From Cyanophora paradoxa CCMP329 (taxonomy: Eukaryota > Plantae > Glaucophyta): a DNA stretch of 64,000 nucleotides. Shown here one piece after another: positions 23,763 to 36,078 of this stretch. A program made the translations under genes and the position numbers. The notes below the pieces were generated by a model, which saw nothing but the letters and a program-made list of their open reading frames with translations, was not told where the DNA came from and searched no databases. Position 1 is the first letter of the stretch. Every line of letters begins with the position of its first letter. The stretch is from assembly GCA_004431415.1 (NCBI GenBank), contig QPMI01000477.1:558001-622000 (forward strand), given 5' to 3'.

Positions 23763-25220
23763 ATGGCGCCCTCGTCGCGCGACATCCGCATGCGGCGGCT
23801 GCTCCGGAGCTGCGAGAGGCAGGCATTCAGCGACCTGAACTCGCTCGACGAGGACGAGGTCCACCTGCTGCTGAAGGTCCGCGCAGCGCCCCGGACCCCG
23901 CGCGAGCCCGACACCGGCCGCAGTACATCGCAACGGTCAAGGGCATGATCGCGGAGTCCAAGCAGGAGGGCGCAGCGTGAGCCGGCCGCCGCTCGCCGTG
24001 TGAACTCGCTTCGCTTACAGCGGGGCGCAGGTCGGTGGAGCCGGGGCGCTTGGACGAGTGGGAGTCGGAGTTGGAGATCATTGACAAGCGCACGCGCTCG
24101 CTCGAGGAGCTCGTCGTGAGCTTCCAGGTGCGCGGCGGCTTTCGGGCGCGCGGCGCGGCCATCACTGCTCACACGCGCGCCAGAGGAGCCAGGAGCGCGC
24201 GGCAGCAGCCGCGGCGGAGGCGGCGGCAACGGAGGAATCGCACGAGCCGTCGGAAGCGCAGCCGGCGGCGGAGCTTGGGCACCCAAAGAAGGCGACGGCG
24301 GCGGCGGCGCCCACGAGCCCGCAGCGGGGCCCCGTGAAGCACCCAGAGTCCCACCCGGAAGCGAAGGGAGACGGGCTCAGGCACAGGAAAGGCGGCGGGG
24401 CGGCGGCTGCGGCGGCGAAGCCGGCGACGCCGGCGAAGGCGCCTGCGCCGGCCGCGGCGGCGTCGGGTTCGTCGGGCCCGGCCGCGGGGCGGCAGCCAAG
24501 GCGGGCGGCGTTGCGGCGAAGGCGGCGGGCGCGGGCGGCGGCCGGTCCGCCGAAGAGGTGCGCTCCGGGCGGCCGGCCCGCTGCTCGCGCGAGCGCCGAC
24601 GCTGGAACTGATCCGCCGCGCCTCTCGACAGATGATCGCGGTGCACCGGGGCCAGCACGAGGCGCTCACGGACGAGCTCCTCGGCTTCGCATCGACGCTC
24701 AAGCAGCAGTTCCTCGCCATGGGCTCCACCGTCCGCTCCGACTCCAAGGCCCGCGCGCCGTACCCCCCCCCCCTCCCCCCATCTTCTCACAGGGCTTCTT
24801 TCGCAGGTGCTGGACGATATGGGGACGCGCCTGGAGGGCAACACGTCGAAGCTCACTGCCGAGAACAAGTGCGCCCTCGTACCCCTCAACCCTTAGCACC
24901 CTTGTACCCCGGGGGCCTCTCGCTCTCCCTCCGCGACAACCTGCCGGGCCTCCCCTACCCCCTCCGGGCCCCGTACCGGGCCCCCCCTATAGCTACCCCC
25001 TCTGGGGCCCTGCCGGGCCTTTCGCCCCCCTCCGGGGCCCTTTCGGCAGCCGGGCCGGCCGCCCTCTGACGGCGGGGCGGTGCGGGGCAGGCGGCTGGTG
25101 GCGCACACGCGGCGGACGCTCTCGTCGACGCTGCTGGCGTGGATGCTCATGGCGCTCGTCTGCGCACTCTTCTTCGCTGTCTACGCCGTCCTCCGCTTCG
25201 GGCCCGCCCGCCGCCGCTAG
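23763..25220 (+). CDS. USE1: USE1-like ER Qc-SNARE, multi-exon
   Basis: N-terminal IRMRRLLRSCE; SNARE coil HRGQHEALTDELLGFASTLKQQFLAMGSTVRSDSK-VLD; C-terminal TM AWMLMALVCALFFAVYAVLRF; stop TAG at 25218-25220. Confidence 0.8.
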
Positions 25221-25959
25221 CCTTTGTGGCCTCCGCCCCGGGGCAAGCCCCGCCCCGCCCCGCCCGGCCGCGGCCTGCCCGCGCTCGCGCGCGCCCTGCC
25301 TCCGAGGCTCCCTTAAGCTTATGATACTTGGAATTCTTGGAAGTGTGAGAGAATGTACGTAGAACTAGTATCGTTGCGGGGTTTGCAGCTGGACGTTGCG
25401 CGTGGGCTCGCCGCCGCGGCCTCTCATTGGAAGACGGACCCATGGCCAGAAGCTCGAGGCGACCGCCGGCCAGTGTGAAATCAAAGACGTACCGTACGAT
25501 ACGTTCAACTTTCGAATTCCGATTTTGTTGTCGTCCTGCCAAGCTGTCGACGCCCACGTACGGACCCAAGGGCCTCTCCAGGCCTAGACTCTCTGTCGAA
25601 TTCTCCGAGCTAATTATAAGGCCGGCCTAAGCCTTGAAGACCCGACGCCCGGCGCCTTGGAGACCCGGGGGGGGCCCACAGGCTAAAGCTAGCGCTACAG
25701 GCTACAGCCTACAGGCTACAGCCTACAGGCTACAGGCCCCCAACCTTGACGGGGCACTGGGCACAATTTCCCCCAAATTCCTCCAATTGCAATTTGCAAG
25801 GCCGATACATTTCGATTTATGCACAGGCGAATTTCGCATTCATGGCCCCGGCCCGGCCCAAAGCTGATTGGCCCAGTGAAATGAAAGCTCGATGATATCG
25901 ATTGTCTCGGCCGGATCTCAGCCGTGCACAGGAGTGGTAGAAAATAGATCGGGCCACGC

Positions 25960-27250
25960 GCCAAAAAGCGTCACCGACCGGGGGAAATCCTTTCCGTCAC
26001 AGTCCGGCCGTCAGATCGCCAGATCATCGGATGATCGCGATCGGCTGCAGCCTGCAGCTGCCAGCCTGTGCCAGGCTGGGGATTCAGTGTGGGGAATCAT
26101 CCGATGATCCGCCGCCGATAATCGGAAATTAAATGCCATATGCTGCGATGATATGCATGATGATCCGATGATCATCGAATCGGCCTGCCGGCGCCACTGG
26201 CTGCCGCAGTGCCAGTGCTGCGGCACTGCTGCCACGGCGCTAGCAGTGCTGAGTCACTGCTGACTCACTGCTGAGCTGAGCGCTGGCCATGGCCTCAGTT
26301 GGCCTGCCAGTCTGACCGACTCGGCGTCGAGTCGGCGATCGGCGAGTCGACGGCGCGACTCGGCCAGAGTCGGCGACAGTACACTGTACAGTGTACACTG
26401 AGTCACTGAGTCACATCATCGACTCACATAGCCGCATGCCATGATGAGCGTGCCACGGGCCACGGCGCGCGGTTATACTATGATAGCCTAGTAGGCTCGG
26501 CGGCTAGCGCGCGCTGATCGTGAGCACTGAGCTGCAGCAGCGCTAGCTCAGCTTAGCTGGCCCAGGCTGCAGCTGGTGATCATGATCATGAGCGGCGGTG
26601 AGCGCAGCCGCCACCGCCGCGCAGTGATATATCGGTCATGATTATGAGCACTGCAGCTGCAGCTAAGGCTGGTTGAGCACGCGCTGCACGGGCCTGCCAA
26701 GCTGCAATCTGTCGACGTCACAGTGTATTCGAATTCGTATATACGTACACATTTAGCACGCTATAGCGTATCGTATATATATGCGAGCGCGCTATAGCTA
26801 GCTATAGCTATAGCACGGGCACGGACCAGCGGGCCGGGCAGCTGTATACGTTGCGCATGCTAGCTCATGATCATGATCATCAAATGCAATCGCGACCAAC
26901 ACGATCGATTTCATGATCATGATCGGCTAACATGCATTTGTAGGCGTGTGAAGCCTGCAGCTGCAGCGCTAGCTGTTCGAACGCGTTTGAATTCGCATAC
27001 GCGCGTTGCTACATGCCTACAGTTCGCGATATCGGTCGGCCTGCTACATATACAGCTGTGCATACTGCAGCTGCAATCGGCAGGATCCGGATTTGGTGCG
27101 CTTGCAATTGCGCATGCCGCAGTGCCCTGCGCGTGCCCATATGTACTACGGTACATATAGAAGCATGTACTACGTATACGGGACATGCATAATGCGTAAT
27201 GCGTATGCATCTTACGTGTATACGTTTCGTTTCCCAGCTGCAGCTAGCTC
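25960..27250. repeat. Non-coding tract saturated with short palindromes and micro-duplications
   Basis: Examples: ACAGTACACTGTACAGTGTACACTG, TGATCATGATCA, GCTATAGCTAGCTATAGCTATAGC, CTGCAGCTGCAG. No credible ORF. Confidence 0.7.
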
Positions 27251-28719
27251 TGGAGGGAACCCGAGCTGGAAATCGCCATTGCTTTCAACCTGCACAGGAA
27301 CGGCGTTGCACAGCTCCGACAGCTCCTCGCATTTTCGAGTACCTATGAGATTCTCCATAAAAAGATTACATATATCGATCCGCTCAAGCTTGCCGCAGGT
27401 TGGCAACAAGCATATGGCAGCGGTCTTTGAATCCGAAATGGTCCTCGGGAGCGAAGCAACCATCGAGCTTTGGGTGCTTTCAATTGAGTACCCACGTATA
27501 CCGGGCATTTTCATTTAAATTTATATTGCCTGCTGGAGCCAGGCCCTGAGGGGGTCTAGATCTTGAACTTTCCACGGGCGCCGGCCGTCCGACGGTCTGA
27601 CATGCAGGGCGCTCCGGATCCCCCGAGCCCCCTGAATATTAATCTCGCAAAAACAAAAACCCTCCTCCCCCTCCCTCCTCCCCCACTCCTCCCCCCGGGC
27701 CCCGGCCCGGCGGCCCCGGGGCCCCTGCCCTTCGATTAATTCCCCTCGCCCCCCCCTCCCTCCCCCTCCCCCCTCCCCCCCCCCCCCCCCCCCCCTCTTG
27801 CTCTTTCATGTAAAGGCCTCTCTCATGCAAAGGCTCGAGACTGATCCCACGATCGGTTCGATTTCGCGCACAGATCCGGCCCGAATATGAAATCGGCAAT
27901 CGCGAGGGCATCGATATCAGAACTAGCGCTGGCGGCCTGCTTCCTGTTTTGCAGCTCCACGCACGATCGGAGTCCCTGCTTATACAAGGTTAGCGCTCAA
28001 TCTCTCGAATATGAATATCAATTATGCATATGGTCATACGCAGCATGACATGATCCGATTTCGCTTTCATCTGCAGCGTCGAACTCGTCTTTTCTCTCCG
28101 TGTTCCGCAGAGGGGAGTCCGTCCAAACGGGCGGCATTATGCGAGCATCAAATGCAGCACGGGCACTGCTGCCCTTATCGGCGTGGACGCACGTTGCCTT
28201 CACAATCAGGTCTAGAAAGACCTCGAGCTCGGCAGAAACGTATAATCGCAGGCTGGTCATAAAGGCGATCGTGAACGGAGCCCCTTTCGGAGAGACATCT
28301 TTACCTCTTACCGGCCATGAGCCTCCAACTGTGCGCCTCAATAACAGTTCATCAAACATATGCATCTCAATCTCATATGAGTTCCACGCATGATTATTAG
28401 ATTCTAGACGGTCCGGTGGTGCTGACTACCTTTACAATTGGATGTATGAAACAGGTACGTATACTATATAGCTAGGACTGGGTTTAACTCGATGCATATA
28501 CATCAAGTTCGAAAATTTGATGATATCGATCATGATCGATCGCGACTCGTTTCGTTCAGCTCCGTGTATGGAATCTGTTCCGTTCGGCAGCAGACGTGGA
28601 GTCATCTTTGCGCGTTCGGTATCTGCCTTCTTGCCTGCCTCGCGAGCTTCTGTTCTTCCGTGCGCATGCGCCCCAGATTTCCTCGCTCCAAATTTCAATT
28701 AAACATCAATCGCGATGCA

Positions 28720-31700
28720 GTTCCCCTCGACGACCAGCAAGAGGGACCGCGGCCGGCTGCGGGGGGAGCGGCAGCAGATCTAGAGGCTGCGGTCATCCAC
28801 GCTTTCGGGTCCCTATACGCAACCGTTCGGCTCTTGGCAAACGCATCGTTCGAGTCGGAGCCGGAAGCCTGCTCGGAGTTTATCGATGCGAGCTGCGGCT
28901 GCACGGACGGACTCGGATTCGGAGAACAAAACAGTCCGCTATCGGCAACCGGAGCTGCAGACCTAGACGCCGATGTCAATCGCGAGAAGCGGGCAGGGTT
29001 CCGAGCGATGGGAGGGTGTGGATATCTGCGCCCCGAGGGTAAAATCGAGGTACGTACGCGTGTACGCAGTACACGCGCTCGCTCTTACACGTGCGCGCGC
29101 GCATTTAAATATTGCTCATCGTATTAAATTTAAATTCTGCAGCTCGAGTCAATCGCTCCTGTGCCTGATGAGATTTTATGGGGGCCCGAGCAAAACCGAA
29201 CCTACGAACTCTGGGTGAGCCGAATGGATTTTAAACGCATCATCATCAATACGAAAATATTGACAAGCACGTGCGCGTGCGAATACCGGTAGATGAGAAG
29301 CACCTACGCAACGTATGGAATGTACACAGTATCGTATCTGAAACCTCCAGACTTCAATTTCTTCCAGTTCTTCGATTCGTGGAGCGAAGAGTCATGCATG
29401 CTCTGTTTATATCGTGCGCGCGTTGAATCAGACCCAAAGCGTCTTGCGATCTTGCGAAACGTCATCGCTAATGCACTCCTGTGTTTGAGTAGCCACGCTA
29501 CCAGATTGGGAGCAGCTGGCCCTGCAGAATTTGAATGCGTCCCATGCGGTTGTCTCGTCGTTCTATCTTCAGTGGATTGACGGATCGGGCTCGAAAGTCG
29601 TCGTCGAAATGCGCGGATCCGAAGGCCGGTCTTTCTCCCTTGCATCCATGTCTTTCTGGGCGCATTACTCGTTTTCACTCGCGACTGAGGCCGAAACCGG
29701 CCGGGCATTCGTTACAATCCACGTCAACGGCACACTGTTTGCAGAGGGCTTCCCGTCTCGGCCTGGGTTCCTTGCCCCTACCTCGTCTGCTGCTGCATAT
29801 CAGTCGCCAGCTTTTGAAAGCGGGCGCTTGCGGATGCGCATTCACCTGGAACGGCGTATTTTGCATCGCTCTCCAGTGCACATGCCGGAGCGTGATGACT
29901 CGCAGGGCGTGTTGGCGTTCATTCTCGGGCGCCAGGTTCGGCCTTCTCATTCAGAATGTGCATAATCATGGATTTAATTTATAGTCAGGACTGACGTCTG
30001 CCGATCAGTTCAGAATCTGGACCGCTGTTAACACCAGTGTCCAATCCACCTTCCGCGTGCGGTACAGCTCCACCTGTTTGCCATCTGCGTTGCTCTTCTA
30101 CCGTGCGCAACTGTTGCGAATTATTACAAATTAATACAGTGTTACTTGCAATTGGTGCTTAATATTAATATTTGCACACTTAAGCTTGCCTGTGAACAGT
30201 GCCGCTCGACGAGGGTCCGGCTGGGAGCGCGCCTTCATTCGGCGGCGTCGCGGAGTTTGGAAGAATGGCAATCGCATTCTGGTATAAGTGGCAGTTGGGC
30301 GGAACCAAGACCGGTGTGTATGAGGCCGATGCGGCGAGCTGCCTGGACCTCCCCAGGAGTCGCCCCTGCCAAGAGAAAGTGCAATCGAACACAACGCCTT
30401 TTCCTGGTAGCGAATCGAATAGAATCCGTGGCTCGGAAAACTCTAATGTCCTGCAGGTCGTTGCGCGAATTTCGCCATGGAGGCAGATTACAACGAGCCA
30501 TATTCGGGGTTGGGATTCAACGTTCGATTTTTCTTAAGCTTTATGCTAACTTCTTCTTTCGTTCTCTGATTTCATATTATGCTTGAAATCAGATTGAGAC
30601 GAGCCCCAATAGTCTGCCGCGAGAGCTAATTTGGAGCCAGTTGCATGACGTTACCTACGAATTTTGGGTTCAATCGCGTATATATGCGCGATTCTTAGAA
30701 ATACTACTGATTTTGGATTCGCGTCTCTGCAGTACCGGACAACGCTTCCCGACTGGATCTATGCGCAAGATATGGGCTGGAGCGATGTCGTTCCGCTAAA
30801 CGTGCACACACCATTCTCAGAAGCCTACAAGCTTCAGATCAGGCGTACGTATACGCGCTGGCGCACACCTCGCGATCGAGCTACTTACTTGGCCGACGTG
30901 ACGCGAAATCCCAGTTCTTTGCGGGTACGGGATGATGGTCGTACACATCGAGTACAGAGAAAGCTCCCGTGGAAGGGACGCCAACATCGTCGTGTCCGGC
31001 GACCGTCCTCTGCCCTCTGGCTCGGCCAAATACTGGACGCACTATTCTGTGGCCTTCTCGACGGATCGCGAGACAAACAAAGCTTTTCTCCGAGTTCTGG
31101 TCAACGGATCGGTGGTGGGCGAGGGTTATGTGACGCCGGGCGCCGGCGTCTTTGCGAACTGGCGGCCCGTCGAGGGCCTCACGCCCCAGCCGCGCGAGGA
31201 CAGCTTTTACAGCCCGACGCCGCCCGCCTCTTCGCCGGGTCTCGACGTGCGGCTGCAGTTGACATTGGCGTCGGGGATTCTGCGCAGAACGCGCCTACTT
31301 CGTTCCAGCATAAAACAGGCCAGTATGATGATATTTATGCGAAAAGCATGAAGTCAGTTTCTCACGTCTTTCTGTAATTCCTGTCACCCTCGCTCGGCAG
31401 GTGAGGGTTTGGAACAAAGCGAGAAATGCTGCATCTGTCTCAAGCACGGCCCACTTGCGCTTCAACACTGCCTGTCTCCCTGCGGAGCTCCTGTTTTACC
31501 GTGCGCAACCTGTAATTAAGAATTCGAACGATATCGGATTACATGCTGCCAGTTGCGCTCGACGACGCCAACACGACCGTCGCGGATGCTGGACCTCGCT
31601 CAATCCCACTGAGTACATCCAGCTCCAAACCGACTGTCGTAGCTGACGCCGCCGCGTGTGCCGGTATGGAGACAGAGTGCTGCGCGCCAAAGCCTCTAGG

Positions 31701-34700
31701 TTCGAATTCGCTTCTGGGACAATCCGATGATCCGAGCCTTTTTAATTTATATTGGTATTTACTGTAAGTCGCATGCGCGCAGCCGTCTTTCGATGCCCCG
31801 TCGTGTGGAGCGCCTCATCACCCAGCGGGCTAGCCCCAGCTGCATTCTCGAGCTCGACTCTGGAATCGCCCGGGACAAGCTGCAACCGTTTCGTAGGTGC
31901 ATCGCCGATTATTCCTGGAGTCGGCCTTCGAGACTTTTTCTCGGTGAGAGCTCGCGATCGGCTCAACATTAGCTTCTTTAATTTGTTTTTTCCCGACACG
32001 GCTGCAATTCCAAACCTGCCTTTTTGTAGGGACTGGCACCAAGTGAGAAGCTTCTGACCGAGATTTACGGCGCACGTGCGCCAGCCAGCTGCTCAACGGA
32101 GGAGAGAGCAGTGCCGGAGAACTCCTTCCTTTCGCTTGCGATTGGAAACAAGCTCGATCCGGAGCCACCTGTAAATATATATGGGGAGCACGCACGTGTT
32201 ATGCAAATATCAGGGCTCGCCGTAGAGCCCCTTCGAACCTGGTGCGTTATCTTTAGATATAGAATATTAATGATTTCAGAGATAGGTTAAAGTTGGAATC
32301 AGGCGTACGAGCCGCGAGCGCAGGGACAGCATAGCGCTGGGCATTCGCTGGAGTCTGGATAAATTTGCTCGTCGTTTGGACGATCCCCAACTTCAGGCGA
32401 CGCTGCCGTGGTCCCGGGCACTTTTCCTGGACTCGGGCGACTTGCGAGGAGGGGTCGCGCCCTACGGTGCGAACGTCTCGATCGCGATCACGACCTGGCA
32501 GCCAAGGGAACCGCCGTTTCCAAGTGCGGAGCTCGATCCAGCATGCAATGCAATCATTCGGGAGAGACCCTCCCTTGACATTATGTGCTACACGCAATCC
32601 ATCACCTCTATCGCCGCTCTCACAGTGTTCATCTCTGGCGCTGCGCTGCGAACCAGCGATCAGCTTCTGGAAAACGTTTCGAATTCGTCATACCGTGTCA
32701 GCAACGTCAACGGAATGGTTATGTGGCTTCCGGTAGCGCGAAAAGCTATCCCGATAGCAGCGGATCCGAACACGCGGAAGGATCCGATTGTACCAATTGC
32801 AGGGAACCCGTCCCCGAATTCGAAGACAAGCCCCAACATCGTCGGAGTCACAGTCGGTGCAGTTTCGACTGTCGCGGTCGCGCTTGTTCTGTTCTTCGGC
32901 GTCTATATGCGCAACCGCTCGTACAAACGAAGGCGAGTCGATCTCGAAGAGCAGGCTGGCGCCAGAGCGCAATCGGTTCCTCCAGTGCACGCGGAATACG
33001 AAGATTTATGCGAATCCAACTCCAATCCCGCACAGCCGCTCCTTTCTGCACAGATTGCACATCCAATCTATGTCAACGAGTTCGAGGTGCGCATGCGTTC
33101 AGGCGCTATTGATTGTTGTAAAATAAATTTATACTGGAAAAATCTCGCATGCAGATGGTGGAGTGCGATACTGACGATCAATTGTTCGAGCTTGAATCCA
33201 CCAGGCAGCTTCTCCAATCGAGATATGCATATGCCAACGACGACTTGGAGCGTGTGACGGATGCAACCGATGACTTGGAAAATCTCATCTTAAGATTGCA
33301 AATGCTACCTGCAGACCTTGCAGAAGCTTGTGCGAAGCGAAATCGAGTTTTGGGCAAGGGAAATTTTGGGGAAGGTTCGGTCGCGTTCGAATTTGGATTG
33401 ATATTGGATCCTTTGAGTTCAGATCCGGATTGGATCTTCCTGACTCTGCTTCGAAACAGTTTTGGAAGTTGTCGTTCCGAAAGGTCAGGCGTCTTGGCTC
33501 CCAGAAGGCGGCGGCTCTGGTCCTGGAACCCTTCGTCGCGCTTTGAAACGAGTCATTTTATCAATCGAAAATTTACGGAATGTTCAGAATGAAGTTCGCG
33601 GGGCGAAACTGCAAAGCGTAAGTGCTATATATTGAAGAAAAACAAGCTCAGCTGATTGTTTTGAGCTGGACAAGAAATGCTGGCACGAGAACATTCTTCC
33701 TGTGGAAGCGATTTTTCGAGATCAGAGCTACGCATACATAGGTCTGCCCACGCAACTTTCATAAGTATCCGCAAGTAATCGCTCTTAAATTCGGAAATCA
33801 TATCCACACTTTTCGCGCAGTTTTTCCAAAAGCATCCAAGTCGCTGGAGAGTATATTGACGGAAACGAAGCTGAAGGAAAAAACAGTCCTTTCCTATGCG
33901 ACCCAGATTGCAAAAGGTGTGCAGGTGTTTGCTGTAGATTCTAGAATCCCATGCGCATTCATGCAAGCATGAGCAGGCATGAGATATCTTCATTCGAAGG
34001 GAATCGCTCATCGCGACTTGAAACCTCCAAACGTGCTCCTTTTCCATGGCGCCGGCCGCCAAACAATGTCGAGTGTCGAAAAATGGCTGGTTTGTTTGAG
34101 CGACTTCGGTGCGTCTGGAATGATGTTTCGTAATGCCAGCTTTCACTGATGCCCTGCATTGCGCCAGGCATTGCGCGTCATGCAGGAACTGCCACGGGAA
34201 TGTTCGGAACAGAGTGAGCTGCGCTGGATAGCGAATTTGATCGAAATTGCTTTTTTAGAGTGCACGCCATCTCCGACGTTGACAGTATATTTTATTGCTC
34301 GTAGCATGTACCTGCCGCCGGACGGAGATGCGAAATTCCCCTGCTCGTGCGATGGAGATTGCAATGTGTCTCATTCTGCGTGTGGAAAGCACATGGTGTT
34401 GAGCGAACGGCTGCTCAAAGCAGACGTAAGTATCATTGATCGTAAATAGTAGACACTGATCGCGGAAATATTTGTAATAAGTACGACAGGTCTGGGCTTT
34501 CGGACTCATCGTCGTACAAATGGCGACTGGTCCGCCCACATTTTATTCGTAGAATTGATATATATTGAGCCTTCTTGGGCTGAGAAAATTAAACGAAACA
34601 GGAATAGCCCCGCACGCACGGCAGGCTACGCTTTATGACAGAATTGACCTGCTTAGCCCACCATTCGCCCCAGGTGTGCTCAAAAATTACATACATATTT

Positions 34701-34972
34701 ATCGTCGCGAGAGAGTTCGAATTCCGCAACAAATTGTGAAATGATTTTATGCAGGCGTTTCTGAGAGGGTCCCAACACCAGTGATCGGAATCGTCAGCAA
34801 GTGTCTCTCGTCGGAACCTCGAGACCGGCCTTGCTTCGAGTGCGCGTGTTCATATGCATGCCCTTATAAACTAAAAGCTCAGTGGCTGGAGTCCTTACTC
34901 TGCTTTCTATTCAGGCAAATTCATTTGATGTTCCAGCTGGCTATTGAAGGCCTGGATAGGCAATCGTCCTAA
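28720..34972 (+). CDS. Receptor-like protein kinase (TKL-like) with duplicated LamG/pentraxin-like ectodomain, multi-exon; start uncertain
   Basis: Repeated ectodomain blocks FWAHYSFSLATEAETGRAFVTIHVNG / YWTHYSVAFSTDRETNKAFLRVLVNG and VRIW...STCLPSALLFY / VRVW...TACLPAELLFY. TM IVGVTVGAVSTVAVALVLFFGVY then RNRSYKRRR. Kinase motifs LGKGNFG, GMRYLHSKGIAHRDLKPPNVL, LSDFG, VWAFG, CLSSEPRDRP. Confidence 0.85.
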
Positions 34973-36078
34973 ACGCGCATGCAAATGTAGCTGCCTGAGT
35001 AAATTTCTGAGCTTGAATGTAAACAGAGCATAAGGTAACAGAGCTCCGATATCGATGATCATGATGCGTCATGATCGAAGTCGATAGCTTGTGTCATGCG
35101 TCATGATCGAAGTCGATCGCCTGCGTTCCCGATCGCAATCTATCCGATGAGGCCGAACCGCACGCGACGAGCTCGAGGTCCGACGGGCTCCGCTCCGGGG
35201 ATCCGCCGCGGCAGCGGCTGCGCGGGCGACAGAGCGCAGCCGCTCCACTGCCTCCACCCGCCCCAGCCGCTCCTCCATGTGCGCCATGGCTAGCGCCTTC
35301 CTAGACTCTTTTGCAGGCGGAGATCAATTTTTATTAGAGGCGCGCGTCAGGCTGGGGATCAGCGTCGGCTGCCCGCAGCAGGATGCCGCAGTGCTGATAC
35401 GCGCCCCGCGTCCCGCCTCCACCTGCCGTCAGATTAGATTAGATCAGATCAGATCTGATCTGATCTGAGCGGATCTCGCCCCACCAGGGTCCAGCTCCGC
35501 CGCCCGCTCGAAGCTCGCCGCTAGCGCTAGCGCCAGCTAGACTCTGAGAACAGCGTGTCGAGTTCAAATCTGGAGCGTAAATGAAGGGCGGGGCGGATGT
35601 AGCAAGGCGAAGCCAAGCTAGTCAGGGACGGAGGCCAAGTCAGGCGGGGAGAGGGGGGGAGGAGGAGGAGCCACCTTCTCCCTGCCCGCAGCACGGGGGG
35701 AGAGGGGGGGAGGAGGAGGAGTTCGGTTAGGCCTGCTGCTCCACGCGTGGCTGGCAAATCAAAGTGGCACTGCGCATGCGGCACGCTCGATCTCCATATA
35801 CGCGCAACTATTGCTGCTACCAGCTAGAAAGGGGACTCCGGGAATTAAGAGGAGAACCGGTACCTGGATCGAGAAGGGCGCCGGCGCCGGCGCCGGCGCC
35901 CCCGCGGCCGGCCAGCCCCTAATATTAATTAATTATATACAATAATAACCTTTTTGGATTATAATTAAACTCCTCTAGCTCGGCCTCCTATATAGAGATC
36001 TCGGCTCTAGCTATAGCAGGATCTCGATCTATAGCTAGCTATAGATCTGATCGCCTTTTCTAGCTGCGGGAGCTGAAA

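Noticed and set aside
25693-25737. (CTACAG[G/C])n 7-bp run as a telomere-like or regulatory array
   Set aside because: It is short and isolated, consistent with an ordinary microsatellite.
27212-28365. Minus-strand ORFs of 100 and 115 aa
   Set aside because: No recognisable motifs; they could be exons of a decayed gene but this cannot be supported.
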